A stretch of 64,000 nucleotides of DNA from an uncultured Planctomycetaceae bacterium (GCA_963815195.1 CAWFGE010000015.1:576001-640000), one strand, 5' to 3'; numbered from the stretch's first letter, positions 10,621 through 21,713 are shown. The notes: generated by a model from the letters alone, not told the origin. Program-made: numbers and translations.

Positions 10621-11875
10621 ATGTCGGCATTGGAACAATTGGACCCGGAAGTTTGGTCGGCTTTAGAGCACGAACGCGAACGCCAGCGGGACGGGCTGGA
10701 GTTGATCGCTTCCGAGAATTATACGAGCGCCGCCGTTTTGGAAGCGGCCGGGACGATCTTCACGAACAAATACGCCGAGGGCTATCCCGGCAAGCGGTAC
10801 TACGGCGGCTGCGAGTTTGCGGATGTGGTCGAAAACCTGGCTCGCGATCGGGTGTGCGAATTGTTCGGAGCCGAGCACGCGAACGTCCAACCCCACGCCG
10901 GCTCCCAGGCGAACATGGCGGTGTATTTGACGGTGCTCAAACCGGGCGACACTTACCTGGCGATGGACCTGGCCCACGGCGGGCACTTGACGCACGGGAT
11001 GCACTTGAACTTCTCCGGGCAGCTTTACAATCCGGTGCATTACGGCGTCAGGCAATCCGATCATCGGATCGATTTCGATCACGTCGCCAAGCTCGCCCGC
11101 GAGCACAAGCCGAAGTTGATCGTCGCCGGGGCAAGTGCGTATCCGCGGGAGATCGACCATCCGAAGTTCCGTGAAATCGCGGATGAGGTCGGGGCGCTGT
11201 TCATGGTGGATATGGCCCATTACGCGGGCCTGGTCGCGGGGAAGGTGCACAACAACCCGGTGGAGGTGGCGGATTATGTGACCTCGACGTCGCACAAGAC
11301 GCTGCGGGGGCCGAGGTCGGGGTTTGTGCTCACGAAAAAAGCCAACGCCCGCGACCTGGACCGCACGGTGTTTCCCGGCATGCAGGGCGGGCCGCTCGTG
11401 CACATCATCGCGGCGAAGGCGGTGTGCTTCGGCGAAGCCTTGCAGCCGGACTTTCAGGATTACGCCCGGCAGATCGTGGCGAATGCGAAATCTCTCGCCG
11501 AGACGCTGCTCTCCGGCGGGATCAAACTCGCCAGCGGCGGGACGGACAATCATCTGATGCTCGCCGACGTGACCGCGATCGGCCTCACCGGCAAAATCGC
11601 GGAAACCGCGCTCGATAAAGCCGGCATCACCGTCAATATGAATATGATCCCCTTCGATACGCGGAAACCGCTCGATCCCAGCGGAATTCGCATCGGGACC
11701 GCGGCCCTCACCACCCGAGGAATGAAAGAAGCCGACATGCAAGAAGTCGGCGAGTGGATCCTGCGCGTGCTCGAAATCCGCCGACGACGCGTCGGCCATC
11801 GCCGCGGTCCAGAGCGAAGTCCGCGAGTTCGCCCGCCGATTCCCGGTCCCGGGCATTGGCGAGCGTGGGACGTAA
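10621..11875 (+). CDS. glyA: serine hydroxymethyltransferase; frameshift near 11773
   Basis: [40 protein letters not shown]; shifted frame gives ...[13 protein letters not shown] at 11875. Confidence 0.95.
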
Positions 11876-11905
11876 GCATCGGCGAAACAATAACTGTCGA
11901 ATGTT

Positions 11906-11940
11906 CCCTCTCTCCTTGGGGGAGAGGGCAGGGTGAGGGG
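11906..11940. repeat. REP-like element, CCCTCTC...GAGAGGG..AGGGTGAGGG family
   Basis: CCCTCTCTCCTTGGGGGAGAGGGCAGGGTGAGGGG hairpin downstream of glyA. Confidence 0.6.
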
Positions 11941-11980
11941 ACGGCAAATAGGGCAGTTATTGTTTCGCCGATCTAAGCTA

Positions 11981-12087
11981 AGCCCATGACGAGACTCAGC
12001 AACCAGAACACTTGCGACGGAATACTCTTACAAAAGAGTGTTTTGAAGCAGTTGAAGTGATCATGGGGCTAACGCCCCACGCTCGCT
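11981..12087. repeat. partial REPIN (ATCATGGGGCT family)
   Basis: ATCATGGGGCTAACGCCCCACGCTCGC right arm at 12060-12086; remnant left arm AGCCCATGA at 11981. Confidence 0.6.
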
Positions 12088-12126
12088 CGTGCGAATGGCA
12101 ATTTCTTTCTTACGATCCAGCATTCG

Positions 12127-12759
12127 ATGGCAGCCGATCATCCCGAATTGGATTTCGAGGCCCTCAATGCGGCGACGGAGTCGGCTGCAGAGGCGGGCAC
12201 CGCGGTCAAGGAACCGGGCGGCCCGCTGTCCGGGGAAGTCCTCAAAGCGAAACGCCGGCGTCCGCTGGGGGAAGTGGCCGCGATCTTGGGCGGCGTGTTT
12301 GCGGTAATGGGCCTCTTGGCCTGGGTGTTTTACGCGTTCTTTTTCAATGGGAACGAAGACGACGAGACCTCGATCGAACTGCCGCGGAACCGCATGGAAA
12401 CCGTGATGGTCGAATTGCCGGTGGGCAACGTCCGCTTTCACGGCCCGATCACAAAATCGCCCGGCAAGACGCAGCAGTGGGTGATGATCGTGGAAATCGA
12501 CGCGTCGATCATCGTGCAGGGCACGGCGAGCGAATTGGTCGAAGTCGAGGACCTGCTCAAATCGCACCACCACCGCATCGAGGAAATCCTCGATGAAACC
12601 GTGCGCTCGGCCAAGACCGAAGACTTAAGTGAACCCGACGCCTTGACGATCCGCACCCGGATTCGCGACCGGATCAACACCTTTTTCGGCCGGCCTTTGG
12701 TGAAGGAGTTGATCTTCAGCCACTTCCGCGCCTTCCGCACGCCGGTGAAGACCGGGTGA
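12127..12759 (+). CDS. FliL-like flagellar basal body-associated protein
   Basis: single TM helix; C-terminal ...EPDALTIRTRIRDRINTFFGRPLVKELIFSHF typical of FliL. Confidence 0.65.
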   Translation: MAADHPELDFEALNAATESAAEAGTAVKEPGGPLSGEVLKAKRRRPLGEVAAILGGVFAVMGLLAWVFYAFFFNGNEDDETSIELPRNRMETVMVELPVGNVRFHGPITKSPGKTQQWVMIVEIDASIIVQGTASELVEVEDLLKSHHHRIEEILDETVRSAKTEDLSEPDALTIRTRIRDRINTFFGRPLVKELIFSHFRAFRTPVKTG

Positions 12760-12821
12760 GCGGCACGGCGCTAGCCGCCGGTCTTGCCACGACGAACCGG
12801 CGGCTAGCCCCGTGCCGCTCA
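12757..12821. repeat. REPIN, TGAGCGG family, between convergent genes; its TGA is the stop codon of the FliL-like gene
   Basis: TGAGCGGCACGGCGCTAGCCGCCGGT ... ACCGGCGGCTAGCCCCGTGCCGCTCA. Confidence 0.85.
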
Positions 12822-12822
12822 G

Positions 12823-13668
12823 TTAGTCGCGCAGAATCTGTAGCTCTTCCGGAGCGATCACCGCGTTCAGGCTGCCCGACCGGAAACCTTCTAAGTCGAC
12901 GGTGACGAAGCGAAAACCCAAGCCGCGAAAATGGGCGGCGATTTCGCGGCGGAGTTCGGGACCCAAGAGGCGGGGCAAATCGGGGAGCGGGACTTCGATC
13001 CGCGCGAGTTCGCCCGCTTCCAACCGCACCCGCAATTCCCGCAGGTTGAGCCGCTCGCGCAGGAACCGCTCCGCCGCATCCACACGGGCCACGCGCTCCG
13101 GCGTGACTTCCACGCCATAAGCGATCCGGCTGGACAGGCAGGGCATCGCGGGCTTGTCCCACACCGGCAGGTTCCATTCGCGCGCGAGTTCCCGCACCTC
13201 GGCTTTGGTCAGGCCGACTTCCAAGAGCGGACTGCGGACGGCATGTTCTCGGGCCGCCTGCATGCCCGGCCGATGATCGCCCACATCGTCCGCGTTCGCC
13301 CCGTTGACGACCTGGCCCCAACCCAGGCTCGGCAGCCAACTTTCCAGTCGGCTGTAAAGTTCCGACTTGCAAAAGTAGCAGCGATTCGTGGGATTCGCGG
13401 TGTAGTTGGGGTCGGCGAACTCGGAGGTCTCGATGATGTGGTGCCGAATGCCGATCTGCTCGGCGAGCCTTTGGGCTTCTTCTTTTTCACCCGCCGCGAG
13501 GCTGGAACTCACCGCCGTCACCGCGACCGCATCGTCGCCGCAAGCGATTCGAGCCGCCTTGGCGACCACAGTGCTATCCACCCCCGCCGAGAACGCCACC
13601 ACGACCCGCCGCATCTCGGCGAGCGTTTTCAGAAGCTTGTCGCGTTTTTTTTGCAGCAGCGAGTTCAT
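12823..13668 (-). CDS. larE: ATP-dependent sacrificial sulfur transferase LarE family
   Basis: PP-loop AFSAGVDST, NRCYFCK, DHRPG, PCLSSRIAYG, DLEGFRSGSLN. Confidence 0.9.
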   Translation of the reverse strand: MNSLLQKKRDKLLKTLAEMRRVVVAFSAGVDSTVVAKAARIACGDDAVAVTAVSSSLAAGEKEEAQRLAEQIGIRHHIIETSEFADPNYTANPTNRCYFCKSELYSRLESWLPSLGWGQVVNGANADDVGDHRPGMQAAREHAVRSPLLEVGLTKAEVRELAREWNLPVWDKPAMPCLSSRIAYGVEVTPERVARVDAAERFLRERLNLRELRVRLEAGELARIEVPLPDLPRLLGPELRREIAAHFRGLGFRFVTVDLEGFRSGSLNAVIAPEELQILRD

Positions 13669-13975
13669 TATGAGAGGCGAGGCGAAGTCCAGATAAGAAT
13701 TTGTGGCAAAACCTTCTTACTCTTAAATCTTACTCTTAATCTTACCCTTCACCAAATGGCTGAACCGCCTGACCATTCGGAAATGACATTGGAAATCGGA
13801 TTTTCCAACGAACATTTCTCCCAATTCGCGGGTAACCTGCATAGGGAACCGCCCTTGGAGCAGGTGTCCAGAAGAGCGGCTTTCATCGGGGCGAGGGGCT
13901 GTTTTATAATAGGGACGGGATTGGGCCAAACTCATATCGGCAACACGACTTTCTCAAATGCAGGAACACAATTCC

Positions 13976-15855
13976 ATGCGAGCTTCCGTGATTTTCCTGG
14001 CAGGCTTGGCGACACTTGGCGGCTTTTTGGTCGAAACCGCACCCGTTCAGGCGGTGCTTACATTGGGGCAGCGGCGGGAGCTGCGGGAACTGGAAACCGA
14101 AATCCGCCGGGTGAACAACCTGATCGACGACAAGGATTTCGACGCCGCCGAGAAGAAGCTCAAAGAGATCGAAGACAAAGTCGCCAAGATTCAGAAGGAC
14201 GCGATGGTCACGGACAAGGACCGGGCGATCGCGGGGATCAAGCGGGCGATTTTACTCCAGCGAAATCAGTTGGCCAAGGCGAAACCCGCCAAACCCAACG
14301 ATCCCAACGCGAAGCCGACGGTGAGCTTCACCAAGGATGTGCTGCCGATTCTGACGAAGAACTGCGGCGGCTGCCACGGCGACGCCGGCAATCCGAAGGG
14401 GAGCCTGCGGCTGAGTTCGTTCGAGAACATGAAAAAAGGGGGCGGCAGCGGGCCGCTCTTAACCATCGGCAACGCCAATCAGAGCTTGATCGTCCGCCGG
14501 ATCACCGCGCCCGCCAATCAAAAAATGCCGCCGGGGAATAATCCGCGTTTGTCGAACGAGGACATTCAAACCATTACCAAATGGATCAACGAAGGGGCCA
14601 AGGACGACACCGGCGATGCCAAAGTCGCCGACAAGAAGAAGATGGAAAATATCGTGGTCCCCAAAGCGACCGGCAAGGAAACGGTGTCCTTCACCAAAGA
14701 CATCGCCCCCTTCATGGTCAATCTCTGCGTGGGCTGCCATAGCGGAAAGGACCCGCGAGGCGGGCTGTCGCTCACGACGGTCAACAACATGATGATCGGC
14801 GGCAACAGCGGGCGGGTGATTATCCCCGGCGATCTGGATGGCAGCCGGCTGTTCCGGCTTGTCGGCGGCAAGGAAAATCCCCGCATGCCCCAAAACCAGG
14901 CCCGCATCACGAAAAAGAACTTCGACGATCTGCAGAAGTGGTTTCTCGAAGGCAACAAGTTCGACGTGGATGATCCCAATAAACTGCTGCGGGACATCGT
15001 GCCCACCGATGAGGAAATCATCGCCGAGCGGTTGGCGAAGTTTTCGGACGAAGAGTTCGCCCAACACCGCATGCGCCGCAGCCAGGAACTTTGGACGAAC
15101 GCTCTCACCAAGCAGACTTACCGCTGGCTGGAGACCCGCGAGTTTCTGGTGTACGGCAACGTGTCCGACGCCCGCATGAAGGAAATCGCCGAGTGGGCGG
15201 AAGATCACGCCGGCGAACTGCGGAAGACGTTCAGCGAAAAGGGAATCTACCTTTGGAAAGGCAAGCTGGCGATTTATGTGGTCAAGGACCGCTTCGATTT
15301 TGAGGCGTTCAGCAGCGTCAATCTCGGCCAGGAAGCCCCGCCCGAGATGCACGGCTTCGCCCGGGTGAAGAAGACTTCCGAAGATGCTTACATCGCGCTG
15401 GAGGACGTCGGCGACGCCGCGTCCGAAACCGAACCCAGTATGCGGACGAACCTCATCGAGCAAATCACCGCGGCGTTCCTCGAGCGGGACGGCGGCAACC
15501 TGCCCAGTTGGGTCAAGCGCGGCACCGGTTTGTACTTCGCCGCCCAGGTTCAAACCAAGAGCCCCTATTTCCAGGGGCTCAAAGCGTCCGTCCCCGCGAT
15601 GCTGCAAACGGTCACCAAGCCCGCCGACGTGTTTAACGACGGCACGTTTTCGCCGTCGGCCGTCGGGGCCGTGGGTTATACGCTCGTGGATTTCTTGATG
15701 AAGCGCCCGGCGGGGCTGGGACCTTCGGCCAATTCATCCGCGTCCTTAAGAAAGGAACGAAGGTGCAGGACGCCGTCAAATCGGTCTACCAAATCGACCC
15801 CACCGCCTTGGCCCAAGCGTACGGAGCCAGCCTCAAAACCGGCCGGCGGAATTAG
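13976..15855 (+). CDS. secreted protein with two planctomycete cytochrome c domains; frameshift near 15710
   Basis: signal peptide; VSFTKDVLPILTKNCGGCH...KMPP and VSFTKDIAPFMVNLCVGCH...RMP. Confidence 0.85.
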
Positions 15856-15891
15856 CACTCGGCTTTAATGAGGGGCGCCCATGACGTATGA

Positions 15892-16188
15892 TTGTTAAGG
15901 GGACCGCGTATTTTCTACTCGGAAAGGAAACACGGCCTGGAGAACATCGGTGATCTGTCGGAGGCCCAACGAAAGACACTTCAAGGCATTGGGGCCGGAA
16001 AGCATCCTATCTCAGACTTGCCACAAGATGTGCGGGAGCAGCTTGCGGGTCGGAATCCAGCCGGCTCCGCTCAAGCGGCATTCAACCAGGCTCGCGCTAA
16101 GTATTTGCTGGGTGAAGGACCGAATCCCGGCCGCTCGGTCAACGAATTTGCAAAGCGAACGGGCTTGCCAAAATTCAAGAGAGATTAA
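15892..16188 (+). pseudogene. orphan C-terminal fragment of a putative polymorphic toxin
   Basis: no convincing start or RBS, lower GC, short helical domain (AQAAFNQARAKYLLGEGPNPG), directly followed by a small acidic gene. Confidence 0.4.
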
Positions 16189-16202
16189 ATCGGAGCCAAC
16201 AC

Positions 16203-16490
16203 GTGTTTCGCATTGAATTCAGCAACTCGAACGAGGATTCGATCTTCGTGCAAGTCGATCCTTGGGCGTGCTTGTACGAGCTAAGACAGGGAGACCGGAT
16301 CGAAATCGTCGCAGAGAGTGCATCGTCAGAACCTGTGTTTAGCATTGACGAATATGACCGCGAGAATCGCATTCTTACACTTTGGAATTGTGACGAGTTT
16401 TTCATCGTGCTGGATGGGAAACGAGTGCATTGGACAGAATTTCAGAGCAATTATTCAGAACAGCAACGATCCCAAAGTTCGGTTGAATAA
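16203..16490 (+). CDS. small acidic hypothetical protein, putative immunity protein
   Basis: 95 aa, GGAG RBS, lower GC, starts 14 bp after the toxin-like fragment. Confidence 0.5.
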   Translation: MFRIEFSNSNEDSIFVQVDPWACLYELRQGDRIEIVAESASSEPVFSIDEYDRENRILTLWNCDEFFIVLDGKRVHWTEFQSNYSEQQRSQSSVE

Positions 16491-16581
16491 CTCCTATCCG
16501 CCATTTCCTGGTTTATTGGCCATTTGCCATTGAATGTTCTATAGTCGATGTTTTGACGACTAGCGAACCAGGATGCACAGC

Positions 16582-17718
16582 ATGGCGGATGTGATTGTGA
16601 TCGGCGGGGGCGTGATCGGCCTCAGCGCGGCTTACGAGTTGGCGGGGCAGGGGGCTACGGTTCATGTTTTGGATCAGGGACCGATCGGCCGCGAAGCGTC
16701 TTGGGCGGGGGCCGGCATTTTGCCGCCGGGGAACGCCGAGTTTTCTCTCTCTCCCGGACAGCGGTTGCGGTCGCTGAGCCATTCCCGCTGGGCCGATTTG
16801 AGCGAAGAACTGCGGGAGACGACCGGGATCGACAACGGTTACCGCGTCTCCGGAGGGATCGAGCTTCGCCTCAAGGGCCGAGCCGATCAACTCAATGACG
16901 AGATTGCGTCCTGGCGGGCGGAGGGCATTGCCGTTTCGGACGCGAGCATCGAAGACGCCCGCCGGTTGGAGCCTCGCATCCATCCGGAAGCGGCCGCGGG
17001 TTACCGCCTGCCGGAATTGGGCCAGGTGCGAAACCCCCGGCATTTGAAGGCCCTCGCCGCGGGATGTGCCGCGCGGGGTGTGCGGTTTTCGCCCGGCACG
17101 CTGGTGTGGGGCTTCGACCGGTCGGCGGAAAAAATCGTGGGCGTGAAGACTCCCGCCGGCATCGTCCACGCCGGCACGTTTTGCGTGTGTGCCGGGGCAT
17201 GGTCGGCGAGTTTGGCGGAGGCGGTCCATTTGAAGATTCCCGTCAAACCGGTGCGCGGGCAGATCGTGCTATTGAATGCAGAGCCGCTGCCGTTCTCGCA
17301 CGTCTTGCAAACGGGGCCGCGGTATCTGGTGCCCCGTTGCGACGGGCGGATTCTCGTCGGGTCGACGGAAGAAGACGCCGGTTTTGAAAAAAAGAACACC
17401 GCAGGGGGCGTGGCGGGTTTGATCCGCTTCGCCGCCGAGTTGGTGCCTTGTCTCGCGGACGCCGGCGTGGAGCGGTGCTGGTCGGGACTGCGGCCCGGTT
17501 CGCCCGATGGCTTGCCATATCTCGGACGGGTGCCGGGGACCGAAAACCTCTACATCGCCGCGGGGCATTTTCGATCGGGCCTGCAAATGTCCCCGGGCAC
17601 GGCGGTGCTGCTTGGGCAGTTGATCCTCGGCCAGGATCCGGGCATCTCCCTCGAAGGTCTCGCCTGCGATCGCCACCAGAACGAATCGAAGCCCGCGAAA
17701 AATCCCGCCCACGTTTGA
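16582..17718 (+). CDS. thiO: glycine oxidase ThiO / DAO-family FAD oxidoreductase
   Basis: VIGGGVIG, ASWAGAGIL, PVRGQ, WSGLRP, GHFRSG. Confidence 0.85.
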   Translation: MADVIVIGGGVIGLSAAYELAGQGATVHVLDQGPIGREASWAGAGILPPGNAEFSLSPGQRLRSLSHSRWADLSEELRETTGIDNGYRVSGGIELRLKGRADQLNDEIASWRAEGIAVSDASIEDARRLEPRIHPEAAAGYRLPELGQVRNPRHLKALAAGCAARGVRFSPGTLVWGFDRSAEKIVGVKTPAGIVHAGTFCVCAGAWSASLAEAVHLKIPVKPVRGQIVLLNAEPLPFSHVLQTGPRYLVPRCDGRILVGSTEEDAGFEKKNTAGGVAGLIRFAAELVPCLADAGVERCWSGLRPGSPDGLPYLGRVPGTENLYIAAGHFRSGLQMSPGTAVLLGQLILGQDPGISLEGLACDRHQNESKPAKNPAHV

Positions 17719-17772
17719 TGGCCCGCGATTCGCCCACTCGAAAAATCTCCAAGTCTGTTTTTCCTTTGGAAA

Positions 17773-18998
17773 GTGATGGTGATGGTGGAACCCCGGCGGA
17801 TTGCCATTGTGGGGGCGGGGCCCATCGGATTGGAAGCGGCCTTGTTCGCCAAAAATTCGGGCTACGAAGTCGATGTGTTCGAACGCGGCGAGACCTGCCG
17901 GAACGTGCAAAGCTGGGGCCACGTCCGGCTCTTCAGCCCCTTCGGATTAAACGCCTCTGCCTGGGGCCAAGACGCGTTGAATCGCGAAGGCCAGGACGTG
18001 CCCGCCGAGGACGACCTTTTGACCGGGCGGGAGTTTACCGAGCGGTATCTGTTGCCGTTGAGCGGGCTCCCGCAACTGGCCAACTGTATTCATCCGCAAT
18101 CGGAGGTGCAGGCGATCGGCCGCGAAGCGTTGCTCAAGCAGGATTTGATCGGGAACGCCGCCCGGAAGCGGTCGCCGTTCCGTTTGCTCGTGGATGATCC
18201 CTTCGGCGAGCGAATTGTGCGGGCCGATTACGTCTTTGATTGCTCGGGCACTTATGGAAATCCCAATCGGCTGGGAGCCGGCGGCATTCCGTGCCCCGGA
18301 GAATTGGATACGCTCAAGATTCGCCACGACCTCCCGGACATTCTGGGGACCGAGCGGGACCGCTTCGCGAACCGCCGGGTGCTGGTGGCCGGCAGCGGTT
18401 ATTCCGCCGCGACCGCGGTCGCCTCGCTCGCCGAACTCTCCCGGTCCGCTCCGGAGACCCGAGCGGTTTGGGTGACCCGGAAACCTCAAGATGTCCCGAT
18501 CCCGCCCATCGAGGACGATCCGCTCACCGAACGGGTCCGTTTGACGAGGACAGCCAACGAATTGGCCACGTGCGCGGACGGCCCCGTGGAATGGCGGGCC
18601 GGTTGGCAGGTGCAAGCGATTTCCAGCCGCTCCGACGGCCGGTTATGGGCCGCGCTCCAAAATGCCGAGGGCTTTACGGAGCGAATCGCCGCGGATGAAA
18701 TCCTGGCCCTCGTCGGCTATCGGCCGGACCGATCGCTTTATGAGGAACTCCAAGTCCACGAGTGCTACGCCTCCCAGGGCCCGATGAAGCTCGCGGCGGC
18801 GCTCTCGGGCGAAACTTCCGCCGACTGCCTCGCACAAACCAGTCCCGGCGGAGAGACCCTCGAAAACCCGGAGCCGGGGTTTTTCATCCTGGCGCGAAAA
18901 GCTACGGCCGCAATCCGAAGTTCCTCCTGAAGATCGGCCACAATCAAATCCGCGACGTGTTTTCGATCCTGGAACGGGACCACGAAACACACGAATGA
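17773..18998 (+). CDS. FAD/NAD(P)-dependent flavoprotein monooxygenase (WGHVRLFSP type); frameshift near 18892
   Basis: GAGPIG, WGHVRLFSPF, DCSGTY, GSGYSA; shifted tail GAKSYGRNPKFLL ends at 18998. Confidence 0.8.
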
Positions 18999-19036
18999 CA
19001 CGAAAAGGTTTGAGGGGAACTGTCGCTTAACTCTTT

Positions 19037-19265
19037 ACGCCGAAGCCGTTATATAACAAATCCCAGGAAGGCTGAACTCATGACGCCGAAGGCGTTTCGG
19101 TCTGGGTGGCACGTCCCTGAGCCTCAGCGAAGGGCGTGGCCATTGCAAAGACCACGCCCTTCGTGCCTCAGGGCGTGCCACCCCGGTCCACTTGAAATGA
19201 GCGAGTCAACATTTTCCACCCCGCCGAAGGCGTTATACAACGTTTTGTTTAGCGCCTTCGGCGTA
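19037..19265. repeat. nested REP cluster (ACGCCGAAGGCGT family and a GGGTGGCAC...GTGCCACCC doublet)
   Basis: CGCCGAAG(G/C)CGTT copies near 19038, 19084 and 19222, an inverse copy near 19253, and inverted arms GGGTGGCACG..CCCTGAG at 19104-19183. Confidence 0.65.
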
Positions 19266-19345
19266 AGCGTTATTATGATTTGGCATTTGCTTCGGATTTC
19301 GGGATTCGAATTTCATCCTTTGGTGTCCATGCTGACGAGGTCTTG

Positions 19346-20251
19346 ATGAATCTCACAACAAATCTGGAAAACGCGCCTCGCATCACGCTGCGGTCGCTCG
19401 ATGAGTTGTGGTTTCAAGTGGCGGGGACGCTGTGCAATCTGGAATGCACGCATTGCTTCATCAGTTGCAGCCCGCACAACGACAGTTTCGGCTACCTTTC
19501 GTTGGAAGACGTCGCGAAAACGCTCGGAGAGTCCACAGCGTGGGGGGTGAAGGAATTCTATTTCACCGGCGGCGAGCCGTTTTTGAACCGCGACCTCGTG
19601 CCCATGCTCGAGCGCACATTGCAATACGGACCGGCGACGGTGCTGACCAACGGGACCGTGCTCAAACCCGAATGGCTCGAGCGGCTCGGGGACGCGGAGG
19701 CGGCGAGTTTGTATTCGCTCGAGTTTCGCGTGTCGATCGACGGGCCGACGCCTGAGATCAACGATCCCATCCGCGGGCCGGGCACCTTCGCGCGGGCGAT
19801 GCGCGGGGTGGCGGTCTTATCCGAGTTTGGCTTTCTGCCGATCATCACCATGACCCGCACCTGGGAGGAAACCCAGGACTCAGAAATCCTCGGCCGATTC
19901 CGCGAAGTGCTCAAAGAGCACGGCTGCGCGCGGCCGCGACTCAAAATTCTCCCCCGGCTGAAAATCGGCGCGGAAGCCGGGCGGACGGAGGGTTATCATC
20001 CGCTCGAGCGAGTCACGGCCGAGTTGATGGCGGGCTACGATGCAAGCCAACTGATTTGCAGCCACAGCCGGGTCGTGACCGATCGCGGCGTCTATGTCTG
20101 CCCGATTCTGCTCGATGCCCCGGACGCCCGTTTGGGCGAAACCCTCGAAGAAGCCGGCCGCGATTTCCCCTTGGCCCACGGCGCGTGCTTTACGTGCTAT
20201 CTCTATGGAGCGATCTGCACGAATCCCTCGGCGAGAAACCACGAATCATGA
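19346..20251 (+). CDS. radical SAM protein with C-terminal Cys cluster
   Basis: CNLECTHC, FTGGEP, LTNG, CSHSR...VCPIL, CFTCYLYGAIC. Confidence 0.9.
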   Translation: MNLTTNLENAPRITLRSLDELWFQVAGTLCNLECTHCFISCSPHNDSFGYLSLEDVAKTLGESTAWGVKEFYFTGGEPFLNRDLVPMLERTLQYGPATVLTNGTVLKPEWLERLGDAEAASLYSLEFRVSIDGPTPEINDPIRGPGTFARAMRGVAVLSEFGFLPIITMTRTWEETQDSEILGRFREVLKEHGCARPRLKILPRLKIGAEAGRTEGYHPLERVTAELMAGYDASQLICSHSRVVTDRGVYVCPILLDAPDARLGETLEEAGRDFPLAHGACFTCYLYGAICTNPSARNHES

Positions 20252-20404
20252 AGAAAGTCGCCCTTCGTTCCGCGAAGGCAGCGGATTGCAAGAGGAAGCA
20301 ACGATCGAAGTCGCTACAGAAACTGTAAGCGAGCTGCTACTTTTCGCGACCATCGCGGAGCGATGGGCGACTTTCATTCTCCAGACATCAACTCGAAACC
20401 GGCA

Positions 20405-21196
20405 ATGCACATCGCGTTTTTTGGCGGCGTTTACAATAACGACCTGGCGCTCGAAGCGGCGATTCGGGATGCGAAACACGCCGGGGCGGAGGCGATGTTT
20501 TGCCTCGGCGATCTGGGAGCCTTCGGGCCGCACCCGGACCGCGTGTTCCCGCTGCTCGAGGAAGCCGGCGTCATCTGCATCCAGGGGAACTACGATGATA
20601 GCATCGGCCATGAACTCAACGATTGCCAATGCGGTTACACCGACCCCCGCGACAATTATTTCGCCCAGATCAGTTACGATTACACTCTCGCGAACACCAG
20701 CCCGGAAAATCGCGCCCGCATGCGGGAGTTTCCGAAGGAACTTCGCTTGGAGATGGACGGCCTAAAACTTCTGCTCTGCCACGGCAGCCCGCGGAAGACG
20801 AACGAGTTCCTCTGGGAATCCACCACGAGCACGCAGTTTCTCAGCCGGCTCGCGGATGAACACGACGCGGACATCATCCTGGGCACGCACACGGGGATTC
20901 ATTGGGAGCGAAAACTCCCCGGCGGGGGGCGGTTTGTGAACGTGGGCGTCTTGGGCCGGCCGGAAAATGATGGCCATACCAACGTCTGGTACACTCTCGT
21001 GCGAACCGGAAAAGACGCTCGGACCGAACCGCTGGACATCGAATTTCGCCCGGTCAATTACGACCACGAGCGTCTGGCCCGCGAAATGCGGGACGAAAAA
21101 CTCCCGCAGGAATTCATCGAAACGATCCTCACGGGTTGGTGGACGACTTGCCTCGAAGTCCTCCCCGCCAAAGAACGCCGGCGGGGGAAGTTTTAG
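20405..21196 (+). CDS. calcineurin-like metallophosphoesterase (Cys-containing subfamily)
   Basis: CLGDL, QGNYD, CQCGY, CHGSP, THTG, WWTTCLE. Confidence 0.85.
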   Translation: MHIAFFGGVYNNDLALEAAIRDAKHAGAEAMFCLGDLGAFGPHPDRVFPLLEEAGVICIQGNYDDSIGHELNDCQCGYTDPRDNYFAQISYDYTLANTSPENRARMREFPKELRLEMDGLKLLLCHGSPRKTNEFLWESTTSTQFLSRLADEHDADIILGTHTGIHWERKLPGGGRFVNVGVLGRPENDGHTNVWYTLVRTGKDARTEPLDIEFRPVNYDHERLAREMRDEKLPQEFIETILTGWWTTCLEVLPAKERRRGKF

Positions 21197-21226
21197 GCAG
21201 AGGAAAGATTGAGGAGGTGTGGAATC

Positions 21227-21676
21227 ATGCGAGCCGTCGTGCAGCGGGTCTCGCGGGCAAAGGTCGCGGTGGCGGAAGAAATCACTGGCGAGATCGGCCG
21301 AGGGTTTCTCGTGCTGCTGGGCGTCGCCGACGGAGACACCGCGGATGATGCCCGCTACCTGGCGCAAAAAATCGCCGGGCTGCGAGTGTTCGAGGACGAT
21401 AAGGGCAAAATGAACCTCGCGCTCGCGGACGTGGGCGGCGAGATGCTGGTGGTCAGCCAGTTCACATTGCTCGGCGACTGCCGCAAAGGCCGGCGGCCAA
21501 GCTTCGTCGCCGCGGCCCGGCCCGAAGTCGCGGACGAACTCTATCAACAATTCGTCGAGGCCGTGAAAGAGCAGGGCCTCCGCGTGGAGACCGGCCGGTT
21601 TCAACAGCACATGGACGTGGAACTCATCAACGACGGACCTGTCACGCTGCTGTTGGATAGCGGCAAAGCGTTTTAG
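21227..21676 (+). CDS. dtd: D-aminoacyl-tRNA deacylase
   Basis: [25 protein letters not shown]. Confidence 0.95.
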   Translation: MRAVVQRVSRAKVAVAEEITGEIGRGFLVLLGVADGDTADDARYLAQKIAGLRVFEDDKGKMNLALADVGGEMLVVSQFTLLGDCRKGRRPSFVAAARPEVADELYQQFVEAVKEQGLRVETGRFQQHMDVELINDGPVTLLLDSGKAF

Positions 21677-21713
21677 CTGGATCAGCGTGCGCCATTTTGG
21701 GCGTTTTTTAGTG

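Noticed and set aside
15852..15878. CIRCE element
   Set aside because: The left half TTAGCACTC is perfect, but the right half (GAGGGGCGC) does not match GAGTGCTAA, and it overlaps a stop codon rather than a chaperone promoter.
19346..21196. Selenocysteine recoding in the radical SAM cluster
   Set aside because: No in-frame TGA aligns with a Cys motif; the radical SAM TGA follows a complete C-terminal Cys cluster.
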